Below are positions 51,918-64,000 of a DNA stretch of 64,000 nucleotides, piece after piece. The translations under genes were made by a program, and so were the position numbers. The stretch is taken from NCBI RefSeq assembly GCF_020745735.1, contig NW_026867602.1, forward strand, positions 744,001-808,000. The letters are read 5' to 3'. The notes under the pieces were generated by a model that did no database searches, was not told the origin of the DNA, and saw nothing but the letters and a program-made list of their open reading frames with translations. How positions within the stretch are numbered: position 1 is the stretch's first letter; each line of letters opens with the position of its first letter. Source of the stretch: Hemiscyllium ocellatum (Eukaryota).

Positions 51918-52043
51918 CCTTGGCAGGGTTCCATGACGTCTGCTGCAGTACGGTAATGTGGGCCGCGTTTGCTGCGACCGGGATTCTCCTCATCCTGTCC
52001 ATGAGCTGTAACATCCTTTGCTGCACCCGGAACTACAGGAAAG
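51918..52043 (+). CDS. Transmembrane exon of a probable type III transmembrane adaptor protein (TRAT1/SIT1/LST1-like)
   Basis: Polypyrimidine acceptor ccccttcccttctctcgtatttAG (51916-17; alternative 51925-26) and donor AAAG|GTAAAT at 52043/44. (ALA)GFHDVCCSTVMWAAFAATGILLILSMSCNILCCTRNYRK is a single hydrophobic helix with juxtamembrane CxxxCC and a basic stop-transfer; the W..A..G..L..S..NI pattern recalls TRAT1/TRIM. Confidence 0.6.
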
Positions 52044-52312
52044 GTAAATGGGGAAGGGGGGGACCTCAGCGAAAAGACTGCTTTCTGAGGGACCGGCCTG
52101 CTTTCGGTAACAGGGCACAAAGGGAGGGGGCCTGGCACAGTCCCTCAATAGGGACAGGGGAGCCCTGACTGGGGGATAGGCCTGTCACTCGCGGCAGGGA
52201 GCCCTGGCTCGGCATTGAGCTTTCCCATACTGGAATGTGGCTTCAGTGCGGAATCACACAGAGCTGCAGGTCTCAGAGATACCCATCCCACAGGAGAGCA
52301 CGGAATTCACAG

Positions 52313-55300
52313 CACTGAGGGAGCGTCAGCGCTGAGGGAGTGGGGGCTGTGGGAGGGTCAGTGCTGAGGGAGCGGGGGCTGTGGGAGGGTCAGCGCTGAG
52401 GGAGGGGGGCTGTGGGAGGGTCAGCGCTGAGGGGGTGGGGGCTGTGGGAGGGTCAGTGCTGAGGGAGGGGGGGCTGTGGGAGGGTCAGTGCTGAGGGAGG
52501 GGGGGGCTGTGGGAGGGTCAGTGCTGAGGGAGGGGGGGCTGTGGGAGGGTCAGTGCTGAGGGAGTGGGCGCTGTGGGAGGGTCAGTGCTGAGGGAGTGGG
52601 GGCTGTGGGAGGGTCAGTGCTGTGGGAGGGTCAGTGCTGAGGGAGTGGGCGCTGTGGGAGGGTCAGTGCTGAGGGAGCGGGAGCTGAGGGAGGGTCAGTG
52701 CTGAGGGAGGGGGCGCTGTGGGAGGGTCAGTGCTGAGGGAGTGGGTGCTGTGGGAGGGTCAGCGCTGCGGGAGCGGGTGCTGGGGGAGGGTCAGTGCTGA
52801 GGGAGCGGGGGCTGTGGGAGGGTCAGTGCTGTGGGAGGGTCAGTGCTGAGGGAGGGTCAGTGCTGTGGGAGGGTCAGTGCTGACGGAGCGGGGGCTGTGG
52901 GAGGGTCAGTGCTGAGGGAGTGGGTGCTGAGGGAGGGTCAGTGCTGTGGGAGGGTCAGTGCTGTGGGAGGGTCAGTGCTGACGGAGCGGGGGCTGTGGGA
53001 GGGTCAGTGCTGAGGGAGGGTCAGTGCTGAGGGAGCGGGCGCTGTGGGAGGGTCAGTGCTGAGGGAGGGGGCGCTATGTGAGGGTCAGTGCTGAGGGAGC
53101 GGGTGCTGTGGGAGAGTCAGTGCTGTGGGAGGGTCAGTGCTGAGGGAGGGTCAGTGCTGAGGGAGTGGGTGCTGTGGGAGGGTCAGCGCTGCGGGAGCGG
53201 GTGCTGTGGGAGGGTCAGTGCTGAGGGAGCGGGTGCTGTGGGAGGGTCAGTGCTGAGGGAGCGGGGGCTGTGGGAGGGTCAGTGCTGAGGGAGCGGGTGC
53301 TGTGGAAGGGTCAGTGCTGAGGGAGCGGGTGCTGTGGGAGGGTCAGTGCTGAGGGAGCGGGGGCTGTGGGAGGGTCAGTGCTGAGGGAGCGGGTGCTGTG
53401 GGAGGGTCAGTGCTGAGGGAGCGGGGGCTGTGGGAGGGTCAGTGCTGAGGGAGCGGGTGCTGTGGGAGGGTCAGCGCTGAGGGAGCGGGTGCTGTGGGAG
53501 GGTCAGTGCTGAGGGAGTGGGTGCTGGGGGAGGGTCAGTGCTGAGGGAGCGGGTGCTGTGGAAGGGTCAGTGCTGAGGGAGCGGGTGCTGGGGGAGGGTC
53601 AGTGCTGAGGGAGCGGGGGCTGTGGGAGGGTCAGCGCTGAGGGAGCGGGGGCTGGGGGAGGGTCAGCGCTGAGGGAGCGGGCGCTGTGGAAGGGTCAGTG
53701 CTGAGGGAGTGGGCGCTGTGGGAGGGTCAGTGCTGAGGGAGCGGGCGCTGTGGGAGGGTCAGTGCTGAGGGAGTGGGCGCTGTGGGAGGGTCAGCGCTGA
53801 GGGAGCAGGTCTGTGGGAGGGTCAGCGCTGAGGGAGCGGGTGCTGTGGGAGGGTCAGTGCTGAGGGAGTGGGTGCTGGGGGAGGGTCAGTGCTGAGGGAG
53901 CGGGGGCTGTGGGAGGGTCAGTGCTGTGGGAGCGGGTGCTGTGGGAGGGTCAGTGCTGAGGGTGCGGGTGCTGGGGGAGGGTCAGTGCTGAGGGAGCAGG
54001 TGCTGGGGGAGGGTCAGTGCTGAGGGAGCGGGGGCTGTGGGAGGGTCAGCGCTGAGGGAGAGGGTGCTGTGGAAGGGTCAGTGCTGAGGGAGTGGGTGCT
54101 GTGGGAGGGTCAGTGCTGAGGGACCGGGCGCTGTGGGAGGGTCAGTGCTGAGGGAGTGGGTGCTGTGGGAGGGTCAGCGCTGAGGGAGTGGGTCTGTGGG
54201 AGGGTCAGCGCTGAGGGAGCGGGTGCTGTGGGAGGGTCAGTGCTGAGGGAGTGGGTGCTGGGGGTGGGTCAGTGCTGAGGGAGCGGGGGCTGTGGGAGGG
54301 TCAGTGCTGTGGGAGGGTCAGTGCTGTGGGAGCGGGTGCTGTGGGAGGGTCAGTGCTGAGGGAGTGGGTGCTGGGGGAGGGTCAGTGCCGAGGGAGCGGG
54401 GGCTGTGGGAGGGTCAGTGCTGTGGGAGGGTCAGTGCTGAGGGAGTGGGTGCTGGGGGAGGGTCAGTGCTGAGGGAGCGGGGGCTGTGGGAGGGTCAGTG
54501 CTGTGGGAGGGTCAGTGCTGAGGGAGTGGGTGCTGGGGGAGGGTAAGTGCTGAGGGAGCGGGGGCTGTGGGAGGGTCAGTGCTGTGGGAGGGTCAGTGCT
54601 GTGGGAGTGGGTGCTGGGGGAGGGTCAGTGCTGAGGGAGTGGGGGCTGTGGGAGGGTCAGTGCTGAGGGAGCGGGGGCTGTGGGAGGGTCAGTGCTGAGG
54701 GAGCGGTTGCTGGGGGAGGGTCAGTGCTGAGGGAGCGGGGGCTGTGAGAGGGTCAGTGCTGAGGGAGCGGGCGCTGTGGGAGGGTCAGTGCTGAAGGAGC
54801 GGGGTATGTTCGAGGGTCAGCGCTGCGGGAGCGGGTGCTGTGGGAGGGTCAGTGCTGAGGGAGTGGGGGCTGTGGGAGGGTCAGCGCTGAGGGAGCGGGG
54901 TATGTTCGAGGGTCAGCGCTGCGGGAGCGGGTGCTGTGGGAGGGTCAGTGCTGAGGGAGTGGGGGCTGTGGGAGGGTCAGTGCCGAGGGAGCGGGCGCTG
55001 TGGGAGGGTCAGTGCTGAGGGAGTGGGGGCTGTGGGAGGGTCAGTGCTGAGGGAGCGGGCGCTGTGGGAGGGTCAGTGCTGAGGGAGCGGGGTCTGTTCG
55101 AGGGTCAGCGCTGCGGAAGCGGGTGCTGTGGGAGGGTCAGCGCTGAGGGAGTGGGTGCTGTGGGTGGGTCAGTGCTGAGGGAGTGGGTGCTGTGGGAGGG
55201 TCAGCGCTGAGGGAGCGGGTCTGTGGGAGGGTCAGCGCTGAGGGAGCGGGTGCTGTGGGAGGGTCAGTGCTGAGGGAGCGGGTGCTGTGGGAGGGTCAGT

Positions 55301-58300
55301 GCTGAGGGAGTGGGTGCTGGGGGAGGGTCAGTGCTGAGGGAGCGGGGGCTGTGGGAGGGTCAGTGCTGTGGGAGGGTCAGTGCTGTGGGAGTGGGTGCTG
55401 GGGGAGGGTCAGTGCTGAGGGAGTGGGGGCTGTGGGAGGGTCAGTGCTGAGCGAGTGGGGTCTGTGAGAGGGTCAGTGCTGAGGGAGCGGTTGCTGGGGG
55501 AGGGTCAGTGCTGAGGGAGCGGGGGCTGTGGGAGGGTCAGTGCTGAGGGAGCGGATGCTGTGGGAGGGTCAGCGCTGAGGGAGCGGGTGCTGTGGGAGGG
55601 TCAGTGCTGAGGGAGCGGGCGCTGTGGGAGGGTCAGTGCTGAGGGAGCGGGCGCTGTGGGAGGGTCAGCGCTGAGGGAGTGGGTGCTGTGGGTGGGTCAG
55701 TGCTGAGGGAGCGGGTGCTGTGGGAGGGTCAGTGCTGAGGGAGCGGGTGCTGTGGGAGGGTCAGTGCTGAGGGAGCGGGTGCTGGGGGAGGGTCAGTGCT
55801 GAGGGAGCGGGTGCTGGGGGAGGGGGTGCTGTGGGAGGGTCAGTGCTGAGGGAGCGGGCGCTGTGGGAGGGTCAGTGCTGAGGGAGCGGGCGCTGTGGGA
55901 GGGTCAGTGCTGATGGAGGTTCAGTGCTGAGGGAGTGGATGCTGTGGGAGGGTCAGTGCTGAGGGAACGGGCGCTGTGGGAGGGTCAGTGCTGAGGGAGC
56001 GGGTGCTGTGGGAGGGTCAGCGCTGAGGGAGTGGGTGCTGTGGGTGGGTCAGTGCTGAGGGAGCGGGTGCTGGGGGAGGGTCAGTGCTGAGGGAGCGGGT
56101 GCTGTGGAAGGGTCAGTGCTGAGGGAGTGGGTGCTGGGGGAGGGTCAGTGCTGAGGGAGCGGGGGCTGTGGGAGGGTCAGTGCTGTGGGAGGGTCAGTGC
56201 TGTGGGAGGGTCAGTGCTGTGGGAGTGGGTGCTGGGGGAGTGTCAGTGCTGAGGGAGTGGGGGCTGTGGGAGGGTCAGTGCTGAGGGAGCGGGCGCTGTG
56301 GGAGGGTCAGTGCTGAGGGAGCGGTTGCTGGGGGAGGGTCAGTGCTGAGGGAGCGGGGGCTGTGGGAGGGTCAGTGCTGTGGGAGGGTCAGTGCTGTGGG
56401 AGGGTCAGTGCTGAGGGAGCGGGTGCTGGGGGAGGGTCAGTGCTGAGGGAGTGGGTGCTGTGGGAGGGTCAGTGCTGAGGGAGCGGGTCTGTGGGAGGGT
56501 CAGTGCTGAGGTAGCGGGTGCTGTGGGAGGGTCAGTGCTGAGGGAGTGGGTGCTGGGGGAGGGTCAGTGCTGAGGGAGCGGGGGCTGTGGGAGGGTCAGT
56601 GCTGTGGGAGGGTCAGTGCTGAGGGAGCGGGTGCTGGGGGAGGGTCAGTGCTGAGGGAGTGGGGGCTGTGGGAGGGTCAGTGCTGAGGGAGTGGGGGCTG
56701 TGGGAGGGTCAGTGCTGAGGGAGTGGGGGCTGTGGGAGGGTCAGTGCTGAGGGAGCGGTTGCTGGGGGAGGGTCAGTGCTGAGGGAGTGGGGGCTGTGGG
56801 AGGGTCAGTGCTGAGGGAGTGGGTGCTGTGGGAGGGTCAGCGCTGAGGGAGCGGGTCTGTGGGAGGGTCAGCGCTCAGGGAGCGGGTGCTGGGGGAGGGT
56901 CAGTGCTGAGGTAGCGGGGGCTGTGGGAGGGTCAGCGCTGAGGGAGCGGGTCTGTGGGAGGGTCAGCGCTCAGGGAGCGGGTGCTGGGGGAGGGTCAGTG
57001 CTGAGGGAGCGGGTGCTGGGGGAGGGTCAGCGCTGAGGGAGCGGGTCTGTGGGAGGGTCAGCGCTCAGGGAGCGGGTGCTGGGGGAGGGTCAGTGCTGAG
57101 GTAGCGGTGGCTGTGGGAGGGTCAGTGCTGTGGGAGGGTCAGTGCTGTGGGAGCGGGTGCTGTGGGAGGGTCAGTGCTGAGGGAGTGGGTGCTGGGGGAG
57201 CGTCAGTGCTGAGGGAGCGGGGGCTGTGGGAGGGTCAGTGCTGTGGGAGGGTCAGTGCTGAGGGAGTGGGGGCTGTGGGAGGGTCAGTGCTGTGGGAGGG
57301 TCAGTGCTGAGGGAGGGGGTGCTGTGGGAGGGTCAGTGCTGCGGGAGCGGGTGCTGGGGGAGGGTCAGTGCTGAGGGAGGGTCAGTGCTGAGGGAGTGGG
57401 TGCTGTGGGAGGGTCAGTGCTGAGGGAGTGGGTGCTGTGGGAGGGTCAGCGCTGCGGGAGCGGGTGCTGGGGGAGGGTCAGTGCTGAGGGAGCAGGTGCT
57501 GGGGGAGGGTCAGTGCTGAGGGAGCGGGGGCTGTGGGAGGGTCAGCGCTGAGGGAGAGGGTGCTGTGGGAGGGTCAGTGCTGAGGGAGTGGGTGCTGTGG
57601 GAGGGTCAGTGCTGAGGGAGCGGGCGCTGTGGGAGGGTCAGTGCTGAGGGAGCGGGTCTGTGGGAGGGTCAGCGCTGAGGGAGCGGGTGCTGGGGGAAGG
57701 TCAGTGCTGAGGGAGCGGGTGCTGGGGGAGGGTCAGTGCTGAGGGAGCGGGTGCTGTGGGAGGGTCAGTGCTAAGGGAGTGGGTGCTGGGGGAGGGTCAG
57801 TGCTGAGGGAGCGGGGGCTGTGCGAGGGTCAGTGCTGTGGGAGGGTCAGTGCTGAGTGAGTAGGGGCTGTGGGAGGGTCAGTGCTGAGGGAGCGGGGGCT
57901 GTGGGAGGGTCAGTGCTGAGGGAGCGGTTGCTGGGGGAGGCTCAGTGCTGAGGGAGCGGGGGCTGTGGGAGGGTCAGTGCTGAGGGAGCGGGTGCTGTGG
58001 GAGGGTCAGCGCTGAGGGAGCGGGTGTTGTGGGAGGGTCAGTGCTGAGGGAGCGGGCGCTGTGGGAGGGTCAGTGCTGAGGGAGCGGGGTCTGTTCGAGG
58101 GTCAGCGCTGCAGAAGCGGGTGCTGTGGGAGGGTCAGCGCTGAGGGAGTGGGTGCTGTGGGTGGGTCAGTGCTGAGGGAGTGGGTGCTGTGGGAGGGTCA
58201 GCGCTGAGGGAGCGGGTCTGTGGGAGGGTCAGCGCTGAGGGAGTGGGTGCTGTGGGAGGGTCAGTGCTGAGGGAGCGGGCGCTGAGGGAGCGGGTGCTGT

Positions 58301-61300
58301 GGGAGGGTCAGTGCTGAGGGAGTGGGTGCTGTGGGAGGGTCAGTGCTGAGGGAGCGGGTGCTGGGGGAGGGTCAGTGCTGAGGGAGTGGGTGCTGTGGGA
58401 GGGTCAGTGCTGAGGGAGCGGGTCTGTGGGAGGGTCAGTGCTGAGGTAGCGGGTGCTGTGGGAGGGTCAGTGCTGAGGGAGTGGGTGCTGGGGGAGGGTC
58501 AGTGCTGAGGGAGCGGGGGCTGTGGGAGGGTCAGTGCTGAGGGAGCGGGCGCTGTGGGAGGGTCAGTGCTGAGGGAGCGGGCGCTGTGGGAGGGTCAGTG
58601 CTGAGGGAGCGGGTGCTGGGGGAGGGTCAGTGCTGAGGGAGTGGGGGCTGTGGGAGGGTCAGTGCTGAGGGAGTGGGGGCTGTGGGAGGGTCAGTGCTGA
58701 GGGAGTGGGGGCTGTGGGAGGGTCAGTGCTGAGGGAGCGGTTGCTGGGGGAGGGTCAGTGCTGAGGGAGTGGGGGCTGTGGGAGGGTCAGTGCTGAGGGA
58801 GTGGGTGCTGTGGGAGGGTCAGCGCTGAGGGAGCGGGTCTGTGGGAGGGTCAGCGCTCAGGGAGCGGGTGCTGGGGGAGGGTCAGTGCTCAGGTAGCGGG
58901 GGCTGTGGGAGGGTCAGCGCTGAGGGAGCGGGTCTGTGGGAGGGTCAGCGCTCAGGGAGCGGGTGCTGGGGGAGGGTCAGTGCTGAGGGAGCGGGTGCTG
59001 GGGGAGGGTCAGCGCTGAGGGAGCGGGTCTGTGGGAGGGTCAGCGCTCAGGGAGCGGGTGCTGGGGGAGGGTCAGTGCTGAGGTAGCGGTGGCTGTGGGA
59101 GGGTCAGTGCTGTGGGAGGGTCAGTGCTGTGGGAGCGGGTGCTGTGGGAGGGTCAGTGCTGAGGGAGTGGGTGCTGGGGAGCGTCAGTGCTGAGGGAGCG
59201 GGGGCTGTGGGAGGGTCAGTGCTGTGGGAGGGTCAGTGCTGAGGGAGTGGGGGCTGTGGGAGGGTCAGTGCTGTGGGAGGGTCAGTGCTGAGGGAGGGGG
59301 TGCTGTGGGAGGGTCAGTGCTGCGGGAGCGGGTGCTGGGGGAGGGTCAGTGCTGAGGGAGGGTCAGTGCTGAGGGAGTGGGTGCTGTGGGAGGGTCAGTG
59401 CTGAGGGAGTGGGTGCTGTGGGAGGGTCAGCGCTGCGGGAGCGGGTGCTGGGGGAGGGTCAGTGCTGAGGGAGCAGGTGCTGGGGGAGGGTCAGTGCTGA
59501 GGGAGCGGGGGCTGTGGGAGGGTCAGCGCTGAGGGAGAGGGTGCTGTGGGAGGGTCAGTGCTGAGGGAGTGGGTGCTGTGGGAGGGTCAGTGCTGAGGGA
59601 GCGGGCGCTGTGGGAGGGTCAGTGCTGAGGGAGCGGGTCTGTGGGAGGGTCAGCGCTGAGGGAGCGGGTGCTGGGGGAAGGTCAGTGCTGAGGGAGCGGG
59701 TGCTGGGGGAGGGTCAGTGCTGAGGGAGCGGGTGCTGTGGGAGGGTCAGTGCTAAGGGAGTGGGTGCTGGGGGAGGGTCAGTGCTGAGGGAGCGGGGGCT
59801 GTGCGAGGGTCAGTGCTGTGGGAGGGTCAGTGCTGAGTGAGTAGGGGCTGTGGGAGGGTCAGTGCTGAGGGAGCGGGGGCTGTGGGAGGGTCAGTGCTGA
59901 GGGAGCGGTTGCTGGGGGAGGCTCAGTGCTGAGGGAGCGGGGGCTGTGGGAGGGTCAGTGCTGAGGGAGCGGGTGCTGTGGGAGGGTCAGCGCTGAGGGA
60001 GCGGGTGTTGTGGGAGGGTCAGTGCTGAGGGAGCGGGCGCTGTGGGAGGGTCAGTGCTGAGGGAGCGGGGTCTGTTCGAGGGTCAGCGCTGCAGAAGCGG
60101 GTGCTGTGGGAGGGTCAGCGCTGAGGGAGTGGGTGCTGTGGGTGGGTCAGTGCTGAGGGAGTGGGTGCTGTGGGAGGGTCAGCGCTGAGGGAGCGGGTCT
60201 GTGGGAGGGTCAGCGCTGAGGGAGCGGGTGCTGGGGGAGGGTCAGTGCTGAGGGAGCGGGTGCTGGGGGAGGGTCAGTGCTGAGGGAGTGGGTGCTGGGG
60301 GAGGGTCAGTGCTGAGGGAGCGGGGGCTGTGGGAGGGTCAGTGCTGTGGGAGGGTCAGTGCTGTGGGAGTGGGTGCTGGGGGAGGGTCAGTGCTGAGGGA
60401 GTGGGGGCTGTGGGAGGGTCAGTGCTGAGGGAGTGGGGGCTGTGGGAGGGTCAATGCTGAGGGAGTGGGGGCTGTGGGAGGGTCAGTGCTGAGGGAGCGG
60501 TTGCTGGGGGAGGGTCAGTGCTGAGGGAGCGGGCGCTGGGGGAGGGTCAGTGCTGAGGGAGCGGGCGCTGTGGGAGGGTCAGTGCTGAGGGAGCGGGTGC
60601 TGTGGGAGGGTCAGTGCTGAGGGAGTGGGTGCTGGGGGAGGGTCAGTGCTGTGGGAGGGTCAGTGCTGATGGAGGGTCAGTGCTGAGGGAGTGGGTGCTG
60701 TGGGAGGGTCAGTGCTGAGGGAACGGGCGCTGTGGGAGGGTCAGTGCTGAGGGAGCGGGTGCTGTGGGAGGGTCAGTGCTGAGGGAGTGGGTGCTGGGGG
60801 AGGGTCAGTGCTGAGGGAGCGGGGGCTGTGGGAGGGTCAGTGCTGTGGGAGGGTCAGTGCTGTGGGAGGGTCAGTGCTGAGGGAGTGGGTGCTGGGGGAG
60901 GGTCAGTGCTGAGGGAGTGGGGGCTGTGGGAGGGTCAGTGCTGAGGGAGTGGGTGCTGGGCGAGGGTCAGCGCTGAGGGAGCGGGTGCTGTGGGAGGGTC
61001 AGCGCTGAGGGAGCGGGGTCTGTAGGAGGGTCAGCGCTGCGGGAGCGGGTGCTGTGGGAGGGTCAGCGCTGAGGGAGCGGGTGCTGTGGGTGGGTCAGTG
61101 CTGAGGGAGCGGGTGCTGTGGGTGGGTCAGTGCTGAGGGAGCGGGTGCTGGGGGAGGGTCAGCGCTGTGGGAGCGGGTGCTGTGGGAGGGTCAGTGCTGA
61201 GGGAGTGGGTGCTGGGGGAGGGTCAGTGCTGAGGGAGCGGTGTCTGTAGGAGGGTCAGCGCTGCGGGAGCGGGTGCTGTGGGAGGGTCAGCGCTGAGGGA

Positions 61301-64000
61301 GTGGGTGCTGTGGGTGGGTCAGTGCTGAGGGAGCGGGTGCTGTGGGAGCGTCAGTGCTGAGGGAGCGGGTGCTGTGGGAGGGTCAGTGCTGTGGGAGTGG
61401 GGGCTGTGGGAGGGTCAGTGCTGAGGGAGCGGGTGCTGTGGGAGTGTCAGTGCTGAGGGAGTGGGTGCTGTGGGAGGGTCAGTGCTGAGGGAGCGGGTGC
61501 TGGGGGAGGGGGTGCTGTGGGAGGGTCAGTGCTGAGGGAGCGGGCGCTGTGGGAGGGTCAGTGCTGAGGGAGCGGGCGCTGTGGGAGGGTCAGTGCTGAG
61601 GGAGTGTGCGCTTTGGGAGGGTCAGTGCTGATGGAGGGTCAGTGCTGAGGAAGTGGATGCTGTGGGAGGGTCAGTGCTGAGGGAGGGTCAGTGCTGAGGG
61701 AGCGGGTGCTGTGGGAGGGTCAGTGCTGAGGGAGTGGGCGCTGTGGGAGGGTCAGTGCTGAGGGAGTGGGCGCTGTGGGAGGGTCAGCGCTGAGGGAGTG
61801 GGTGCTGGGGGAGGGTCAGTGCTGAGGGAGCGGGTGCTGTGGGAGGGTCAGTGCTGAGGGAGTGGGTGCTGGGGGAGGGTCAGTGCTGAGGGAGCGGGGG
61901 CTGTGGGAGGGTCAGTGCTGAGGGGGCGGGGTCTGTAGGAGGGTCAGCGCTGCGGGAGCGGGTGCTGTGGGAGGGTCAGCGCTGAGGGAGTGGGTGCTGT
62001 GGGTGGGTCAGTGCTGAGGGAGCGGGTGCTGGGGGAGGGTCAGCGCTGTGGGAGCGGGTGCTGTTGGAGGGTCAGTGCTGAGGGAGTGGGTGCTGGGGAG
62101 GGTCAGTGCTGAGTGAGCGGGGTCTGTAGGAGGGTCAGCGCTGCGGGAGCGGGTGCTGTGGGAGGGTCAGCGCTGCGGGAGCGGGTGCTGTGGGAGGGTC
62201 AGCGCTGAGGGAGCGGGTGCTGCGGGAGGGTCAGTGCTGAGGGTGCGGGTGCTGTGGGAGGGTCCGTGCTGAGGGAGTGGGTGCTGGGGGAGGGTCAGCG
62301 CTGAGGGAGTGGGGGCTGTGGGAGGGTCAGTGCTGAGGGAGCGGGGGCTGAGGGAGTGTCAGCGCTGAGGGAGCGGGCGCTGTGGGAGGGTCAGTGCTGA
62401 GGGAGCGGGTGCTGGGGGAGGGTCAGTGCTGAGGGAGTGGGGTCTGTGGGAGGGTCAGTGCTGAGGGAGCGGGTGCTAGGGGAGGGTCAGTGCTGAGGGA
62501 GCGGGTGCTGTGGGAGGGTCAGTGCTGAGGGAGCAGGTGCTGGGGGAGGGTCAGTGCTGAGGGAGCCGGCGCTGTGGGAGGGTCGGTGCTGAGGGAGGGT
62601 CAGTGCTGAGGGAGCGGGGCTGTGGGAGGGTCAGCGCTGAGGGAGTGGGGTCTGTGGGAGGGTCAGTGCTGAGGGAGCGGGTGCTAGGGGAGGGTCAGTG
62701 CTGAGGGAGCGGGTGCTGTGGGAGGGTCAGTGCTGTGGGAATGGGTGCTGGGGGAGGGTCAGTGCTGAGGGAGTGGTGGCTGTGGGAGGGTCAGTGCTGA
62801 GGGAGTGGGGGCTGTGGGAGGGTCAGTGCTGAGGGAGCGGTTGCTGGGGGAGGGTCAGTGCTGAGGGAGCGGGGGCTGTGGGAGGGTCAGTGCTGAGGGA
62901 GCGGGGGCTGTGGGAGGGTCAGTGCTGAGGGAGCGGGTGCTGGGGGAGGGTCAGCGCTGAGGGAGCGGGTCTGTGGGAGGGTCAGCGCTCAGGGAGCGGG
63001 TGCTGGGGGAGGGTCAGTGCTGAGGGAGCGGGTGCTGGGGGAGGGTCAGCGCTGAGGGAGCGGGTCTGTGGGAGGGTCAGCGCTCAGGGAGCGGGTGCTG
63101 GGGGAGGGTCAGAGCTGAGGTAGCGGTGGCTGTGGGAGGGTCAGTGCTGTGGGAGGGTCAGTGCTGTGGGAGCGGGTGCTGTGGGAGGGTCAGTGCTGAG
63201 GGAGTGGGTGCTGGGGGAGGGTCAGTGCTGAGGGAGCGGGGGCTGTGGGAGGGTCAGTGCTGTGGGAGGGTCAGTGCTGTGGGAGGGTCAGTGCTGAGGG
63301 AGTGGGTGCTGTGGGAGGGTCAGTGCTGTGGGAGGGTCAGTGCTGAGGGAGCGGGTGCTGGGGGAGGGTCAGTGCTGAGGGAGGGTCAGTGCTGAGGGAG
63401 CGGGTGCTGGGGGAGGGTCAGTGCTGAGGGAGTGGGTGCTGTGGGAGGGTCAGTGCTGAGGGAGTGGGTGCTGTGGGAGGGTCAGCGCTGCGGGAGCGGG
63501 TGCTGGGGGAGGGTCAGTGCTGAGGGAGCAGGTGCTGGGGGAGGGTCAGTGCTGAGGGAGCGGGGGCTGTGGGAGGGTCAGCGCTGAGGGAGAGGGTGCT
63601 GTGGGAGGGTCAGTGCTGAGGGAGTGGGTGCTGTGGGAGGGTCAGTGCTGAGGGAGCGGGCGCTGTGGGAGGGTCAGTGCTGAGGGAGCGGGTCTGTGGG
63701 AGGGTCAGCGCTGAGGGAGCGGGTGCTGGGGGAAGGTCAGTGCTGAGGGAGCGGGTGCTGGGGGAGGGTCAGTGCTGAGGGAGCGGGTGCTGTGGGAGGG
63801 TCAGTGCTAAGGGAGTGGGTGCTGGGGGAGGGTCAGTGCTGAGGGAGCGGGGGCTGTGCGAGGGTCAGTGCTGTGGGAGGGTCAGTGCTGAGTGAGTAGG
63901 GGCTGTGGGAGGGTCAGTGCTGAGGGAGCGGGGGCTGCGGGAGGGTCAGTGCTGAGGGAGCGGTTGCTGGGGGAGGCTCAGTGCTGAGGGAGCGGGGGCT
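52313..64000 (+). repeat. >11.6-kb G-rich satellite of 32-bp units (with truncated 16-20 bp subunits), continuing beyond the window
   Basis: Unit gggagggtcagtgctgagggagcgggtgctgt. Confidence 0.98.

Noticed and set aside
52831-63395. Multiple GGSVLREWVLWEGQCC-type ORFs
   Set aside because: Translations of the 32-bp G-rich satellite.

Overview
Eukaryotic genomic DNA, very probably from a shark or other elasmobranch (HE1-type SINE, CR1/HER1-type LINE fragments, elasmobranch-style minisatellites, several N gaps). About three quarters of the window is tandem repeat. Hidden among the repeats is a head-to-head pair of intact, spliced MHC-fold genes about 3.2 kb apart. The minus-strand beta-type chain has exons 8040-7950, 6308-6033, 1447-1160 and 412-302, with the tail exon unresolved. 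The plus-strand alpha-type chain has exons 11278-11359, 13968-14225, 17509-17787, 20347-20468 and probably 21453-21464. Both have class II architecture (leader, one groove domain, one C1 domain, Gly-patterned TM). However, the alpha-chain C1 domain looks like beta2-microglobulin and the beta-chain C1 domain looks like class I alpha3, which is the signature of the ancient 'W-category' MHC (WA/WB). The beta1 domain appears to have a rewired disulfide, and the groove lacks classical peptide-anchoring residues. Downstream is a probable small type III transmembrane adaptor gene (TRAT1/SIT1/LST1-like). Its first intron would contain a 23.5-kb array of a 57-bp satellite, and its second intron starts an >11.6-kb G-rich 32-bp satellite that runs off the window. 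All exon calls were made by eye from splice signals, phase and motif recognition; no database search was possible.
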